This document shows, piece by piece, positions 18,308-29,988 of a stretch of 63,647 bases of DNA (the stretch's first letter is position 1; each line of letters starts with the position of its first letter). The notes under the pieces are model-generated. The model ran no database searches. It saw only the letters and a list, made by a program, of their open reading frames with translations, and was not told the origin of the DNA. The translations under genes were made by a program, and so were the position numbers. This DNA comes from Ilumatobacter coccineus (GTDB lineage: Bacteria > Actinomycetota > Acidimicrobiia > Acidimicrobiales > Ilumatobacteraceae): the NCBI GenBank assembly GCA_002748455.1, contig PDSL01000023.1:1-63647 (forward strand). The letters are read 5' to 3'.

Positions 18308-20908
18308 TTACCTATGAGCTGCTTCGGTTGCCAGGGACAAGGCCTCATCGAGGCCGGCGGGATTCTTCCCACCAGCGGTGGCGATCTCGCCCTTGCCACC
18401 ACCTCCGCCACCAACGGCGCGAGCGGCATCGGCGATCAGGGTCGACGCGACGATGCCTTCCGCTGGTTCGACAGCAGCCACAATGCCCACCCCACCAGAG
18501 GGGGTTTCGCCCATCACGACCACCCGGCGGACACCGTCCTTGCTGCGCACCGCCAACGCCAGCTCGCGAAGCTCCCCAGGGGTGAGCCCATCGACGCGGG
18601 TGACCACGATCCCATCGGTGGCTTCGCCGGCCAGCTCAGCTGCTTGACCCGATGCCACCTGGGCGCGGAGCTGCTTGACCTCGGCCTGAAGCTTCTTGAT
18701 CTCATCGAGCTTGCGCTGGACCCCTTCAGCAACGCCACCGGTGCCGCCGACCAGGGAGGTGATCTCGGCCAGGGTGTCAGCATCATCTTGAAGCAGGGCC
18801 ACCGTGGCAGCTCCGGTGACCGCCTCGATCCGTCTCAGGTTCGACCCGATCGACGACTCGGAGATCACCTTGACCGTGCCGATATCACCGGTGGCCGACA
18901 CATGGGTGCCACCGCACAACTCGATCGATGGGCCGGCTCGCAAGACCCTCACCCGGTCGCCGTATTTGTCTCCAAAGAAGGCGATCGCCCCCTGACTCTG
19001 GGCCTCATCCATCGAGGTTTCGTAGGCATCGGCCACCGTGTTGCGCAAGGTTTCATCATTGACCATGCGCTCGATCGTGCGAATCTCTTCAGCGGTGACC
19101 GCTTCATAGTGGGAGAAGTCGAACCGAAGTCGCTCATCGTCAACATAGGACCCGGCTTGTTTGACGTGATCGCCGAGGACTTCTCGCAAGGCCCAGTGCA
19201 AGAGATGGGTCGCCGTGTGGTTGCGACGAATCGCATTGCGGCGATCGCTGTTGACCGTGGCGGTCGCTTCCTGGCCAGGCGTGATCTCGCCGGTGACCCG
19301 GGCCAGATGACGCCGAAGATGGGGCACAGCAAAGGTGGTGTCGACCACCTCAGCGGTACCGGTCGGCGTGGTGATCGTGCCAGTGTCGCCGACCTGACCT
19401 CCGGATTCGGCATAAAACGGGGTGCAGTCCAAGAAGATCTCCACCTGATCATCGTCGGTGGGGATCACCGCCAACACCCGAGCTTCGGCTTCATCGCTGG
19501 TGTAGCCGACGAATTCGGTGGTACCGAACTGGTCAACGATCTCCCGATACGCGTCCTTGTCGCCAACACTGCCAGCACCCTTGTGGGCAGCCTTGGCTCG
19601 AGCCCGCTGGGCAGCCATCTCGGCATCAAACCCGGCGATGTCCACCTCGATCTCGCGTTCAGCGGAGATCTCTTGGGTGAGCTCGAGGGGGAACCCATAG
19701 GTGTCGTGGAGGACGAAGGCGGTCGAACCATCGAGGGTGGTGCCCTCTTCAAGAGCGTTGTCGAGGATGGTGAGACCGGTCTTGAGGGTGTGACGGAAGC
19801 GTTCTTCCTCCCGTCCCATCACCCCGGTGATGAAGTCCTTGTTGGCCACCACATCGGGATAGGCATTGCCCATCACCGCGATCGCTGTTTCGACCAGGTC
19901 GGGCATGACCAGGCGTTCGGTCCCCAACAAGAAGGCATAGCGCACCGCCCGACGGATGATCCGACGGAGGACATAGCCTCGGCCCTCGTTGGAGGGGAAG
20001 ACGCCATCGGACACCAGCATGGTCGCTGAGCGGGCATGTTCGGCCAGCACGCGCATGGCAAAACTGTCACGGTCGTCATAGTCGCCAACCCGGCACGAAC
20101 GACCGGTCAGGGAGCACGCCTTGTCGATGATGGGGACCATCAAGTCGGTTTCCCACACCGAGTCGACGCCCTGGAGGAGCGCCAAAATCCGTTCCAGCCC
20201 AGCGCCGGTATCGACCGAAGGCTTGGGCAGGAGCGAACGGGTCCCATCGGCAGCCTGGTTGAACTGCATGAAGACCAGGTTCCAAAACTCCATGAAACGG
20301 TCACCGGCCGGATCGGCTGCCGGACCACCATCGGGCCCGAACTCGGGACCACGATCGATATGGATTTCTGAACACGGGCCACAGGGGCCGGTATCGCCCA
20401 TCTGCCAGAAGTTGTCCTTGTCACCAAGGCGTTGGATGCGCTCCATCGGCACCCCAACACCGTCATGCCAGATCTGTTCAGCTTCGTCGTCATCATCGTG
20501 GACCGTGATCCAGAGCCGGTCACCGTCGAGACCCCAGCCACCGCTGGAGGGATCGGCGGTCACCAGTTCCCAACTCCAGGGAATGATCTCGGATTTGAAG
20601 TAGTCACCAAAGCTGAAGTTGCCGAGCATTTCGAAAAACACCAGGTGACGCTTGGTGCGACCGACCTCATCGAGGTCATTGTGTTTGCCCCCGGCTCGGG
20701 CACACTTCTGGGAGCTGACCGCCCTGGCGTAGGGGGCCACCTCATCGCCGACAAAGTAGGACTTGAAGGGGACCATCCCGGCCACGGTGAACATCACGGT
20801 GGGATCGTGAGGGATCAAGCTTGCCGAGGGCACCCGGGCGTGATCACGTGCAGCGAAGAACTCGATAAAGGATGAGCGGAGTTCATCGGCGGTGATCACG
20901 TGTGTCAT
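18308..20908 (-). CDS. alaS: Alanyl-tRNA synthetase
   Basis: FTVAGMV.FK, FFEMLGNFSFGDYFK, HTATHLL, ELCGGTHV. Confidence 0.99.
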   Translation of the reverse strand: MTHVITADELRSSFIEFFAARDHARVPSASLIPHDPTVMFTVAGMVPFKSYFVGDEVAPYARAVSSQKCARAGGKHNDLDEVGRTKRHLVFFEMLGNFSFGDYFKSEIIPWSWELVTADPSSGGWGLDGDRLWITVHDDDDEAEQIWHDGVGVPMERIQRLGDKDNFWQMGDTGPCGPCSEIHIDRGPEFGPDGGPAADPAGDRFMEFWNLVFMQFNQAADGTRSLLPKPSVDTGAGLERILALLQGVDSVWETDLMVPIIDKACSLTGRSCRVGDYDDRDSFAMRVLAEHARSATMLVSDGVFPSNEGRGYVLRRIIRRAVRYAFLLGTERLVMPDLVETAIAVMGNAYPDVVANKDFITGVMGREEERFRHTLKTGLTILDNALEEGTTLDGSTAFVLHDTYGFPLELTQEISAEREIEVDIAGFDAEMAAQRARAKAAHKGAGSVGDKDAYREIVDQFGTTEFVGYTSDEAEARVLAVIPTDDDQVEIFLDCTPFYAESGGQVGDTGTITTPTGTAEVVDTTFAVPHLRRHLARVTGEITPGQEATATVNSDRRNAIRRNHTATHLLHWALREVLGDHVKQAGSYVDDERLRFDFSHYEAVTAEEIRTIERMVNDETLRNTVADAYETSMDEAQSQGAIAFFGDKYGDRVRVLRAGPSIELCGGTHVSATGDIGTVKVISESSIGSNLRRIEAVTGAATVALLQDDADTLAEITSLVGGTGGVAEGVQRKLDEIKKLQAEVKQLRAQVASGQAAELAGEATDGIVVTRVDGLTPGELRELALAVRSKDGVRRVVVMGETPSGGVGIVAAVEPAEGIVASTLIADAARAVGGGGGGKGEIATAGGKNPAGLDEALSLATEAAHR

Positions 20909-21003
20909 AGGCGGCCAGCCTACCGACTTGGCTGATCAGGCCCGATAATCACGTCCCCAGCATCACCAAAACAGGAGTGGAACAGCCCAGCTAGCCTGAC
21001 CCT

Positions 21004-21723
21004 GTGTCGCTCCAGGATGCTCATGAGTGGATCTCGTTTGATGATCCCACCGAAGACCGCACCTGGATGATCGATGCCACCTATTTGAGGTCCCACCATC
21101 GCTGCATTTTCGGTCAGGGCTGCCAGGGGGTGCTCGATCGTCCTGCCGCCGAGCTGGCCCAAGGATGCTGTAGCTATGGCGCTCACTTTGTTGACCACGA
21201 CGATGTTCAGACGGTGGTATCAGCCTTTGTTCGTTTAGCACCCCACCTGATGCAGTTCTATGACGACGCCGTCGCCGAGGGGTTTCTCGCTCCTGGCGAT
21301 GATGACGATGACACCGCCACCCGCCTGGTCGATGATGCCTGCATCTTCTTGAACCGGCCCGACTTTGACGGCCCCAGTGGATGTGCCCTCCATCGAGGAG
21401 CTCTCGAACACGGCGAACGACCCCTCGATTGGAAACCCAATGTGTGTTGGCAGATCCCGATCCGGCTCGACCATTTCACCGACGACAACGGCCATGTGGT
21501 GTCCCGCCTGCGTGAGTGGGCCCGCCGAGATTGGGGCGATGGCGGTCATGAGTTTTCGTGGTGGTGTACCGAAGCACCCGACGCATTCGACGGAGCTGAG
21601 CCGGTCTATCGCGCTGAGCGCGACGTCATCGTCGAAATGGTGGGATCAGAGATCTATGACCTCATCGTCGACGCGTTGGAGCGTCCGGTTCCAGTTGCTC
21701 ACCCGACGGTGAGAGTTCACTAG
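21004..21723 (+). CDS. Conserved Cys-rich hypothetical protein (DUF3109/YkgJ-like metal-cluster fold suspected)
   Basis: CIFG.GC, GCCSYGAH, CIFLNR, GCALH, KP.VCWQ.P, WWCTE; TAGCCT 6 nt before GTG. Confidence 0.7.
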   Translation: MSLQDAHEWISFDDPTEDRTWMIDATYLRSHHRCIFGQGCQGVLDRPAAELAQGCCSYGAHFVDHDDVQTVVSAFVRLAPHLMQFYDDAVAEGFLAPGDDDDDTATRLVDDACIFLNRPDFDGPSGCALHRGALEHGERPLDWKPNVCWQIPIRLDHFTDDNGHVVSRLREWARRDWGDGGHEFSWWCTEAPDAFDGAEPVYRAERDVIVEMVGSEIYDLIVDALERPVPVAHPTVRVH

Positions 21724-21909
21724 TCAGTCATCAAACTCGTCGTCGTCTTCATCGAAGACCACGCCGTACTTTTCGGCTAACGCTGCGTATTCGTCATCCT
21801 TCGAATGACGCTCGTCCGAACGTTCACCAAGACCAAGATCAAATGCTCCTGGACCACTTTGCTTCAACTTGCGCGCTTCTTCGAAGCGGCGATGACGACC
21901 CTTCTTCAC
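21724..21909 (-). CDS. Small hypothetical protein (61 aa), basic N-terminus and acidic C-terminus
   Basis: GGGAG SD then GTG; MKKGRHRRFEEARKLK...EYAALAEKYGVVFDEDDDEFDD; fills the gap and abuts the convergent gene. Confidence 0.7.
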   Translation of the reverse strand: MKKGRHRRFEEARKLKQSGPGAFDLGLGERSDERHSKDDEYAALAEKYGVVFDEDDDEFDD

Positions 21910-22079
21910 GACAGGGCTCCCACAGACTAGATGTTTGACATTGAGACCTAGTCTAGCCCCTCCGTCTTGATCTAGGACCGCGTTCCCCAGCGTCAAGACC
22001 GAAAAACGTCACATAAAACCCCGGCGTATGTGGTGTTTCTCCGCCGATTGTTCCGTACTGCTCGGTAACCCGAACGCGA

Positions 22080-23180
22080 TCAGGCCGGCGACGAGATATC
22101 GACCAAGCGAAGACCATTCCCCGGAGTGAAGGTCAATCCAGCTTCACCCGAAACCAGCCGACGAATCCCCGCTCCCAAGAGATCGGCCCGCCATCCGTGA
22201 GCGAGACGAGCATCGGGAGCACCCGACAGGAATGCCACCAGGTCAGCCCGGGTCGCCAGAATCGCGGTATCGATCTTTTCGGCCTTGGCCACCTGGCTTA
22301 CCCAGGCCGAGATCAAGGTGACCGCTGGTCGCAGGTCGCGGGCCAGCTCATCACCACCCTGGGGGCGCTCCGGCGGTGAGGCCATCTTTCCCGCGGCGAC
22401 GGCGGCCAGGATCTCCTCGGCGATCTTGCCCGACCGGAATCGGTCGTCGACACCGCGAGCCTGGCCGAGCTCGCGAAGGGTGGAAGGACGGCGTTGGCTG
22501 ATACCCAAGATCGCCAGATCAGGCAGGACCTGCCGCACCGGCACATCACGTTTGGCAGCGGTGCGCTCGCGCCATGCCGCCACCGCTTGGGCGATCGCCC
22601 TCCGCTCAGATCCCAGACGCCGAACATCTTTGAGCTTGAGCCATGCCTGATCCGGATCGTGGCCGCTGACCGGACGAGACGCGAGCTCATCACAGGCCTC
22701 AGCCGCCCAGCTCTGACGTCCAACCTGGGCCAGCTTGGCATCGAGCCGATCAGCCAATTCGAGCAAGTAGGCGACATCCAAGGCGGCATAGCGACGCTGG
22801 GCATCGGTCAGAGGACGCCGAAACCAGTCGGTCAGCCGGTCGCCCTTGGGAAGGTCAATCTTCATTTCCCCCTTGAGCAGGGCGGACAAGGAGGCCGTGC
22901 CATAGCCCAAGAAGGCTCCAGCGATCTGGGTGTCCACGAAGTGCTCGGGCACTGCCCCGACAGCATGGGTCAAGACATCAAGATCCTGCTGGGCAGCATG
23001 AAACACAGCGTCGATATCGGCGTGAAAGAGTCGTTGAAGACGAGTGATATCAACCGCGGTTGGATCGATCAAGACCAGGTCGCCGTCCCAGGCGAGCTGG
23101 ACCAAAGCCAAGGCCGGAAAATAGGTGCGCTCCCGGTGTGTGCTGGCAAGATCCTGATCGGTGGTGGTCGGCCCAGTCAT
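22080..23180 (-). CDS. rnd: Ribonuclease D (3'-5' exonuclease + HRDC) lacking the ExoI DxE motif; possible pseudogene or sequence artefact
   Basis: HRERTYFP.LALVQ, FHAAQQD, DTQIA, TDW..RPL...Q..YAA.DV and HRDC are present; the DTEF that normally precedes HRERTY is absent; TACGCT 8 nt before ATG 23180. Confidence 0.85.
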   Translation of the reverse strand: MTGPTTTDQDLASTHRERTYFPALALVQLAWDGDLVLIDPTAVDITRLQRLFHADIDAVFHAAQQDLDVLTHAVGAVPEHFVDTQIAGAFLGYGTASLSALLKGEMKIDLPKGDRLTDWFRRPLTDAQRRYAALDVAYLLELADRLDAKLAQVGRQSWAAEACDELASRPVSGHDPDQAWLKLKDVRRLGSERRAIAQAVAAWRERTAAKRDVPVRQVLPDLAILGISQRRPSTLRELGQARGVDDRFRSGKIAEEILAAVAAGKMASPPERPQGGDELARDLRPAVTLISAWVSQVAKAEKIDTAILATRADLVAFLSGAPDARLAHGWRADLLGAGIRRLVSGEAGLTFTPGNGLRLVDISSPA

Positions 23181-23248
23181 CGGGCCACAGCGTAGCGTCG
23201 CACCGAACCCCTCTTCAGTGACTCTCGGCAACACCAGCACCGGATGAG

Positions 23249-23806
23249 TCAACCGAGATCAGCCACCGTGTTGACGTTCTTGACCGGTCCAGCATCGATC
23301 GGAACCAGGAGCGCCCCCACCGCGGCCAGCGCGGACCGATACGACATTCCGTTCGGGCTGGGCAGGTGGGCACGGGCACTCGGCCGCCACGCCGACACCA
23401 TCGCTGGGCGGCCATCAACCGCCGCGGCGACGGCGACAAGCTCGGGATGGGCATCGGCCTCAGCGATCACCGTCTCGACGGTGATGCCATCAAGATCGGG
23501 GAGATCACACGCCGCGATGACCACCGGTCGATCCAGACGTTCAAGGATCGACGAGAGCGCCGCAACCGGCCCAGCACCCGGCTGGGCATCGGCCCAGACC
23601 GTGAGACCGAGTGCACCGATCCGATCTCGGTCACCACCCTGGACGACAACCGGATCGCAACCAGCGACACGCAGAGCATCGGCAACCCGCGTCACCATGG
23701 GGCGCCCGCCCACCTCGATCAGGGCCTTATCGGCCCCCATCCGACGGCTGGCACCGCCGGCAAGCACCACTCCGACCCAGTCATGAGGAACAGCGGATTG
23801 GCCCAT
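23249..23806 (-). CDS. mobA: Molybdenum cofactor guanylyltransferase
   Basis: VLAGGASRRMG.DKA, GP, ACDLP, NVNT..DL. Confidence 0.9.
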   Translation of the reverse strand: MGQSAVPHDWVGVVLAGGASRRMGADKALIEVGGRPMVTRVADALRVAGCDPVVVQGGDRDRIGALGLTVWADAQPGAGPVAALSSILERLDRPVVIAACDLPDLDGITVETVIAEADAHPELVAVAAAVDGRPAMVSAWRPSARAHLPSPNGMSYRSALAAVGALLVPIDAGPVKNVNTVADLG

Positions 23807-23879
23807 CGCTCCAGAGTAGAACCATTGATCGCGCTGGCCACGATCCCCGTGACGACGCGGCGACCGCTAAGGTACTCCC

Positions 23880-24146
23880 GTGGTTGCCCTCAGTCTTGAA
23901 CAAGCCAAGATCGCCGGAGTGGTGGTCACCGCTGCCCTTGCGATCGGAGCCCTCGTCATCGCGTGGACAGTCAAGCAGATCACCCAAAAGGTGGTTGGCG
24001 CCGCGGTCTTCGCCGTCTTGGCCTTCCTGGTGTGGTCTCAACGCTCCTCGCTACAGGATTGCGCCAACACGATCGTTGCCGATGGTGTCACCAACGCCAC
24101 CTGCGAGTTCTTCGGTCAAGACATCTCCATCCCCCTCGGGGACTGA
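23880..24146 (+). CDS. Small membrane protein (2 TM, C-x(12)-C tail)
   Basis: Two hydrophobic helices; TAAGGT 6 nt before GTG. Confidence 0.7.
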   Translation: MVALSLEQAKIAGVVVTAALAIGALVIAWTVKQITQKVVGAAVFAVLAFLVWSQRSSLQDCANTIVADGVTNATCEFFGQDISIPLGD

Positions 24147-24153
24147 GACCAGC

Positions 24154-25581
24154 TCAGTCGACGGTCACGATCCGCAACACATCAGCGGCAGCATCGTTCT
24201 GCCCTGATGGTGCTCCAGCGATGACCGCCACCACATCACCATGGCTGATGCATCCCATCTCGAGGGCTCGTTCGACGGCGAACCAGACCATCTCATCGGT
24301 CGATTCGTAGGTATCGACCACCACCGGATTGACCCCCCACGACAAACTCATCCGACCCACGGTTGAGGGATTCGGCGACAGCCCGATCAGTGCTGACTCA
24401 GGACGGAAGCGGGCCATCGCCTTGACGCTTCGTCCCGAAAGGGTGCAGCACAGAATGGCACTCACTCCAGCATCGAATGCTGCATCGGCTGCTGCATGAC
24501 TGACCGCTGCGGTGATCCGATCGGTGATCGAATCCCATCGCTCTCGCTGGATCCGCCCGAGCCGGCTGGCCCACTGGCGATAGGACGCCTCAGCTTCAGC
24601 CCGCTCGGCGATCGACGACATGGTGGTCACCGATTCAACCGGATAGCGACCGATCGCTGTCTCCCCCGACAGCATGAGGGCATCGGTTCCGTCAAGAACC
24701 GCGTTGGCGACATCGGAGACCTCGGCCCGGGTCGGCACCGGCGCCACCAGCATCGATTCGAGCATCTGGGTGGCGGTCACCACCGGCACCCCGTATTCGA
24801 CACAGCGACGAATGATCGACTTCTGAAGATGGGGAACATCTTGGAGGTCACAATCGATGCCGAGATCACCACGAGCGACCATGATCACATCAGCGGCATC
24901 CAAGAGCTCGTCCAGATGGCCGATCGCTGCCTGGGTTTCGATCTTGGCAACCACCTCGGCTCGGCCATCGACCAGGTCAGAGATCACCGCGATATCGGTG
25001 CCCCGGCGAACAAAGGAGACCGCGACGAAGTCGACCCCAACCTCGGCAAAGCGAGCAGCAAGCTCACGATCACGATCGGTGGGGCTTTCCAGATGGGTGC
25101 GATCAGAGGGGAAGTGAACCCCAGGACGGCCCTGGATACGCCCCCCGGTCAGGACTTCGCAGACCGCTCCATCGGGCACCAGGGAGGTCACCACCAGGGT
25201 GATCGCCCCATCGCCGATGGCGATCTTGGCTCCCTCGACCAATCCAGCAACCGGGAAATCCACCGTGATCCTCGACCCGGTACTGGCCCCCTCGGCGTGA
25301 CACACGGTGACCGTGCGACCGGTCTCGATGATCACACCACCGGTGGGAAACTCCCCAGCACGAATCTTGGGTCCGGGCAGATCGATCAGGATTCCGACCA
25401 CTCGGCCGACCTCACCAGCGATCCGCCTGACCCGTTCGATGCGAGCCAGATGTTCATCGACAGTGCCATGGCTGAGATTGAGCCGGACGACATCAACGCC
25501 GGCCTCGATCAAGGCCCTCAGCTGATCATCACCATCGGTCGCCGGTCCGATCGTTGCCACAATCTTGGTTCGTCGTGTCAT
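24154..25581 (-). CDS. pyk: Pyruvate kinase
   Basis: TKIVATIGPA, RLNLSHG, AKIET, MVARGDLG, TATQMLESM, MLSGETA. Confidence 0.98.
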   Translation of the reverse strand: MTRRTKIVATIGPATDGDDQLRALIEAGVDVVRLNLSHGTVDEHLARIERVRRIAGEVGRVVGILIDLPGPKIRAGEFPTGGVIIETGRTVTVCHAEGASTGSRITVDFPVAGLVEGAKIAIGDGAITLVVTSLVPDGAVCEVLTGGRIQGRPGVHFPSDRTHLESPTDRDRELAARFAEVGVDFVAVSFVRRGTDIAVISDLVDGRAEVVAKIETQAAIGHLDELLDAADVIMVARGDLGIDCDLQDVPHLQKSIIRRCVEYGVPVVTATQMLESMLVAPVPTRAEVSDVANAVLDGTDALMLSGETAIGRYPVESVTTMSSIAERAEAEASYRQWASRLGRIQRERWDSITDRITAAVSHAAADAAFDAGVSAILCCTLSGRSVKAMARFRPESALIGLSPNPSTVGRMSLSWGVNPVVVDTYESTDEMVWFAVERALEMGCISHGDVVAVIAGAPSGQNDAAADVLRIVTVD

Positions 25582-25772
25582 CGCGTATCATCGTCCTCTA
25601 TGGCAGGGGTCGTCACCGGAGCAGTCACATTGGCCAGCACCGCGATAGCCCATCCAACACAGGTTCTCTCGATTGAGCATATGGCCTCAGACCCCGACGA
25701 GCCTGATTCTTTCCTGCCGATCTCCATCCCGATCTCACGAGTTCCAGACCCTGTTTGGTGAAAGCTGCACCC

Positions 25773-27017
25773 ATGTCCATCAGCGACCTTCAACGATTTC
25801 TCGACCGATCTCCCTCCCCGTTCCATGCCGCGGCGATGGTCACCGAACAACTTGTTGATGCCGGTTGGACCGAACTCGGCCTTAGCGAGAGCTGGAGCGA
25901 CCTTCCCGACCGTGGAGTGGTGCGCCACCACGGCGCCATCCTCGCATGGCATACCCCGAGCTCGGCTGAGCCAACCACTGGTTTTCGTCTCGTTGGGGCC
26001 CACACCGACTCCCCAGGGTTGAAGGTCAAACCCCACCCCGATCATCAATCGGCGGGATGGAACCAGCTCAATGTTGAGGTCTATGGCGGCATCTTGAACA
26101 ATTCCTGGCTCGATCGTGATCTGGGCCTCGCCGGACGAGTGATCGACACCGACGGGACTGCCTATCTGGTCAATATCGCCGAACCGGTCGCCCGGATACC
26201 CCAGCTGGCGGTCCATCTCGATCGCCAGGTGAACACCACTGGTCTGATCCTCAATGCCCAACAACACCTCCGCCCGGTATGGGGGACCACCGATCAGGGC
26301 GGGTTCCGCTCGTGGCTGGCAGAACACACCGGCATCGAGAACCCAACAACCTGGGAGCTTGGCCTGTACGACATTCAGCCAGCAGCTCTGCTCGGAGCCG
26401 ATCGCTCCCTCCTGGCCAGCGGCCGTCTTGACAATCTGGTCTCGTGTTGGGCGGCCACCAAGGCACTCATCGAGGCTTCAGCGGGATCGGCGATCGAGTT
26501 CATCGTGCTCAACGACCATGAAGAGGTGGGCTCATCGTCGACCACCGGCGCTGCTGGCCCCTTGTTGGAGCGAATCCTCGAACGTCACGTGATCGCCCGC
26601 GGCGGCGAGCGTGATGACTTCTTGCGCGCCCTGTCCATCTCATCGTGCGTGTCGGCCGACAATGCCCACGCGGTCCACCCGAATTATCTCGATCGCCACG
26701 ATGTTGAGCACGCCCCGATCGTGAACCACGGCCCAGCGATCAAGATCAACGCCCAACAACGCTATGCGACCTCAGCGGTGACCGCGGCCGAATTTCAATC
26801 AGCGTGCACAACCGCTGAAGTGCCGTGTCAGACCTTTGTCTCCCACAACGCCATGCCCTGTGGGTCAACGATCGGGCCGATCACCGCCACCCGCCTGGGA
26901 ATCGCCACCGTCGATGTCGGCGTGCCCCAACTCTCGATGCACTCAGCCCGGGAGGTCTGCGGTGTCAAGGATCCGGTCTGGCTGGCCCAAGCACTGACAG
27001 CGTGGTTCAGTCGGTGA
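25773..27017 (+). CDS. M18 family aminopeptidase
   Basis: SPSPFHA, GAHTDSP, RLDN, DHEEVGS, SADNAHA.HPN, MHSARE. Confidence 0.93.
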   Translation: MSISDLQRFLDRSPSPFHAAAMVTEQLVDAGWTELGLSESWSDLPDRGVVRHHGAILAWHTPSSAEPTTGFRLVGAHTDSPGLKVKPHPDHQSAGWNQLNVEVYGGILNNSWLDRDLGLAGRVIDTDGTAYLVNIAEPVARIPQLAVHLDRQVNTTGLILNAQQHLRPVWGTTDQGGFRSWLAEHTGIENPTTWELGLYDIQPAALLGADRSLLASGRLDNLVSCWAATKALIEASAGSAIEFIVLNDHEEVGSSSTTGAAGPLLERILERHVIARGGERDDFLRALSISSCVSADNAHAVHPNYLDRHDVEHAPIVNHGPAIKINAQQRYATSAVTAAEFQSACTTAEVPCQTFVSHNAMPCGSTIGPITATRLGIATVDVGVPQLSMHSAREVCGVKDPVWLAQALTAWFSR

Positions 27018-27720
27018 GGGGTTGTGGGACCTCGTCATATGACCAACCGACACCGTCCATCGATGCATCAAAGGCGGCCTGGAGGGCTTCGGTGAGCTGA
27101 GCGGTGTACCGGTCGCGCTCCTGGCGCTTGACCCGACCTCCATCGGCCGCTATCGGCGGCGCGAGGGGTGCTCCCACCACGACGCGGACCTTACGAGGCC
27201 AAATGAACCACGCCCCTTTGGGCATCACCCGTTCACTGCCCCCGATCCCGACCGGCACGATCGGCACCCCGGCTTTGGCCGCCACATAGGCTGCACCATT
27301 GAAGAGCGGCTCAATCCGCGGCCCAGCTCGGCGACCACCTTCAGGGAACATCACCAGGGGCTCACCGGCGCCGAGGACGGTGATCGCCCGCCGCAGGGCT
27401 TCCCGGTCGGCGGTTTCGCGGGTGACTGGAAAAGCTCCCAACGCCGAGACGATCCAGCCGAAAATGCGGGAGTTCCAGATCGAATCCTTGGCCATAAACC
27501 TCATCCGACGACGGGTCACGCAGGCGGCATAGGGAGTGTCGAGGATCGAGCGATGGACCGGAGCCAAGATGAAGGCTCCTTCAGTTGGAATCCGGTCGGC
27601 TCCTTCAACCGTGATCCGGTTGTAGAGCCGGAAGAGCCCCACCACCAGGGCGCGCATGACCGTGTAGAACGCTCGGGCCATCACGCCGTTGCCGGCCAAG
27701 AACGTGTCGGGGGTACTCAC
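27007..27720 (-). CDS. 1-acyl-sn-glycerol-3-phosphate acyltransferase (PlsC family)
   Basis: HRSILD (HX4D), FMAK, FPEG.R, PIVPVGI; coupled to cmk. Confidence 0.9.
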   Translation of the reverse strand: MSTPDTFLAGNGVMARAFYTVMRALVVGLFRLYNRITVEGADRIPTEGAFILAPVHRSILDTPYAACVTRRRMRFMAKDSIWNSRIFGWIVSALGAFPVTRETADREALRRAITVLGAGEPLVMFPEGGRRAGPRIEPLFNGAAYVAAKAGVPIVPVGIGGSERVMPKGAWFIWPRKVRVVVGAPLAPPIAADGGRVKRQERDRYTAQLTEALQAAFDASMDGVGWSYDEVPQPLTD

Positions 27721-28364
27721 GATCGCTCCGTCAACTCGATCAGGTGGTCGACAACCTCATCGATGGTCATCTCGGTGGTATCGACCACTACCGAATCATC
27801 GGCTTCGGCCAAAGGACTGTGGGATCGGGTCGAGTCATGACGATCGCGAGCCATGATCGAAGCCTCGATCTCGTTGATATCACCGCCCTGTTCAGCAACT
27901 CGCCGAACAGCGCGCACCCGAGCTGATGCGGTCACATAGACCTTCAGATCAGCGTCGGGAAAGACCACGGTGCCGATATCGCGTCCTTCGACCACCGCTC
28001 CCCCACGCTGAGCAACCCACTCGCGTTGACGATCGACCAAGACCTCTCGGACAGCAGGATTGGCGGCGATCTGGGACACGACCGACGTCACTTCAGGCCC
28101 TCGAATGATCTCGGTCGCATCGTGCCCATCGACGATCACCTGACGATCATCGATCTCGATCATGACCTCGGGCACCATGGTCGCGACCGCGTCTCGGTCG
28201 TGGGGATCCACCCCTCGCCTGAGGCTGGCGAACGCCACCGCCCGATACATGGCCCCGGTATCGAGATAGCCAACCCCGAGTCGGGCAGCCAACGCTCGCC
28301 CAACCGTGCTCTTGCCCGCCCCCGCGGGGCCGTCGATGGCGATGATCACCCGATTCATCCTCAC
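27717..28364 (-). CDS. cmk: Cytidylate kinase
   Basis: IAIDGPAGAGKST, LDTGAMYRA, EGRDIGTVVFPDA. Confidence 0.98.
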   Translation of the reverse strand: MRMNRVIIAIDGPAGAGKSTVGRALAARLGVGYLDTGAMYRAVAFASLRRGVDPHDRDAVATMVPEVMIEIDDRQVIVDGHDATEIIRGPEVTSVVSQIAANPAVREVLVDRQREWVAQRGGAVVEGRDIGTVVFPDADLKVYVTASARVRAVRRVAEQGGDINEIEASIMARDRHDSTRSHSPLAEADDSVVVDTTEMTIDEVVDHLIELTERS

Positions 28365-28368
28365 CTTC

Positions 28369-29907
<1,539 letters not shown>

Positions 29908-29988
29908 CTACGGTGCCCCACGAGAATGATAGCCCTACCCTGAGGGGATGAGCTTGGCCAAGATTGCCTACCACCAGCTGGGGCGGCG

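Noticed and set aside
25582-25772. 190-bp gap between pyk and the M18 peptidase containing a 26-codon ORF (MASDPDEP...)
   Set aside because: No convincing -10 or SD, no stable structure, no resemblance to the blocks missing from icd/udp/rnd; most likely divergent promoter DNA
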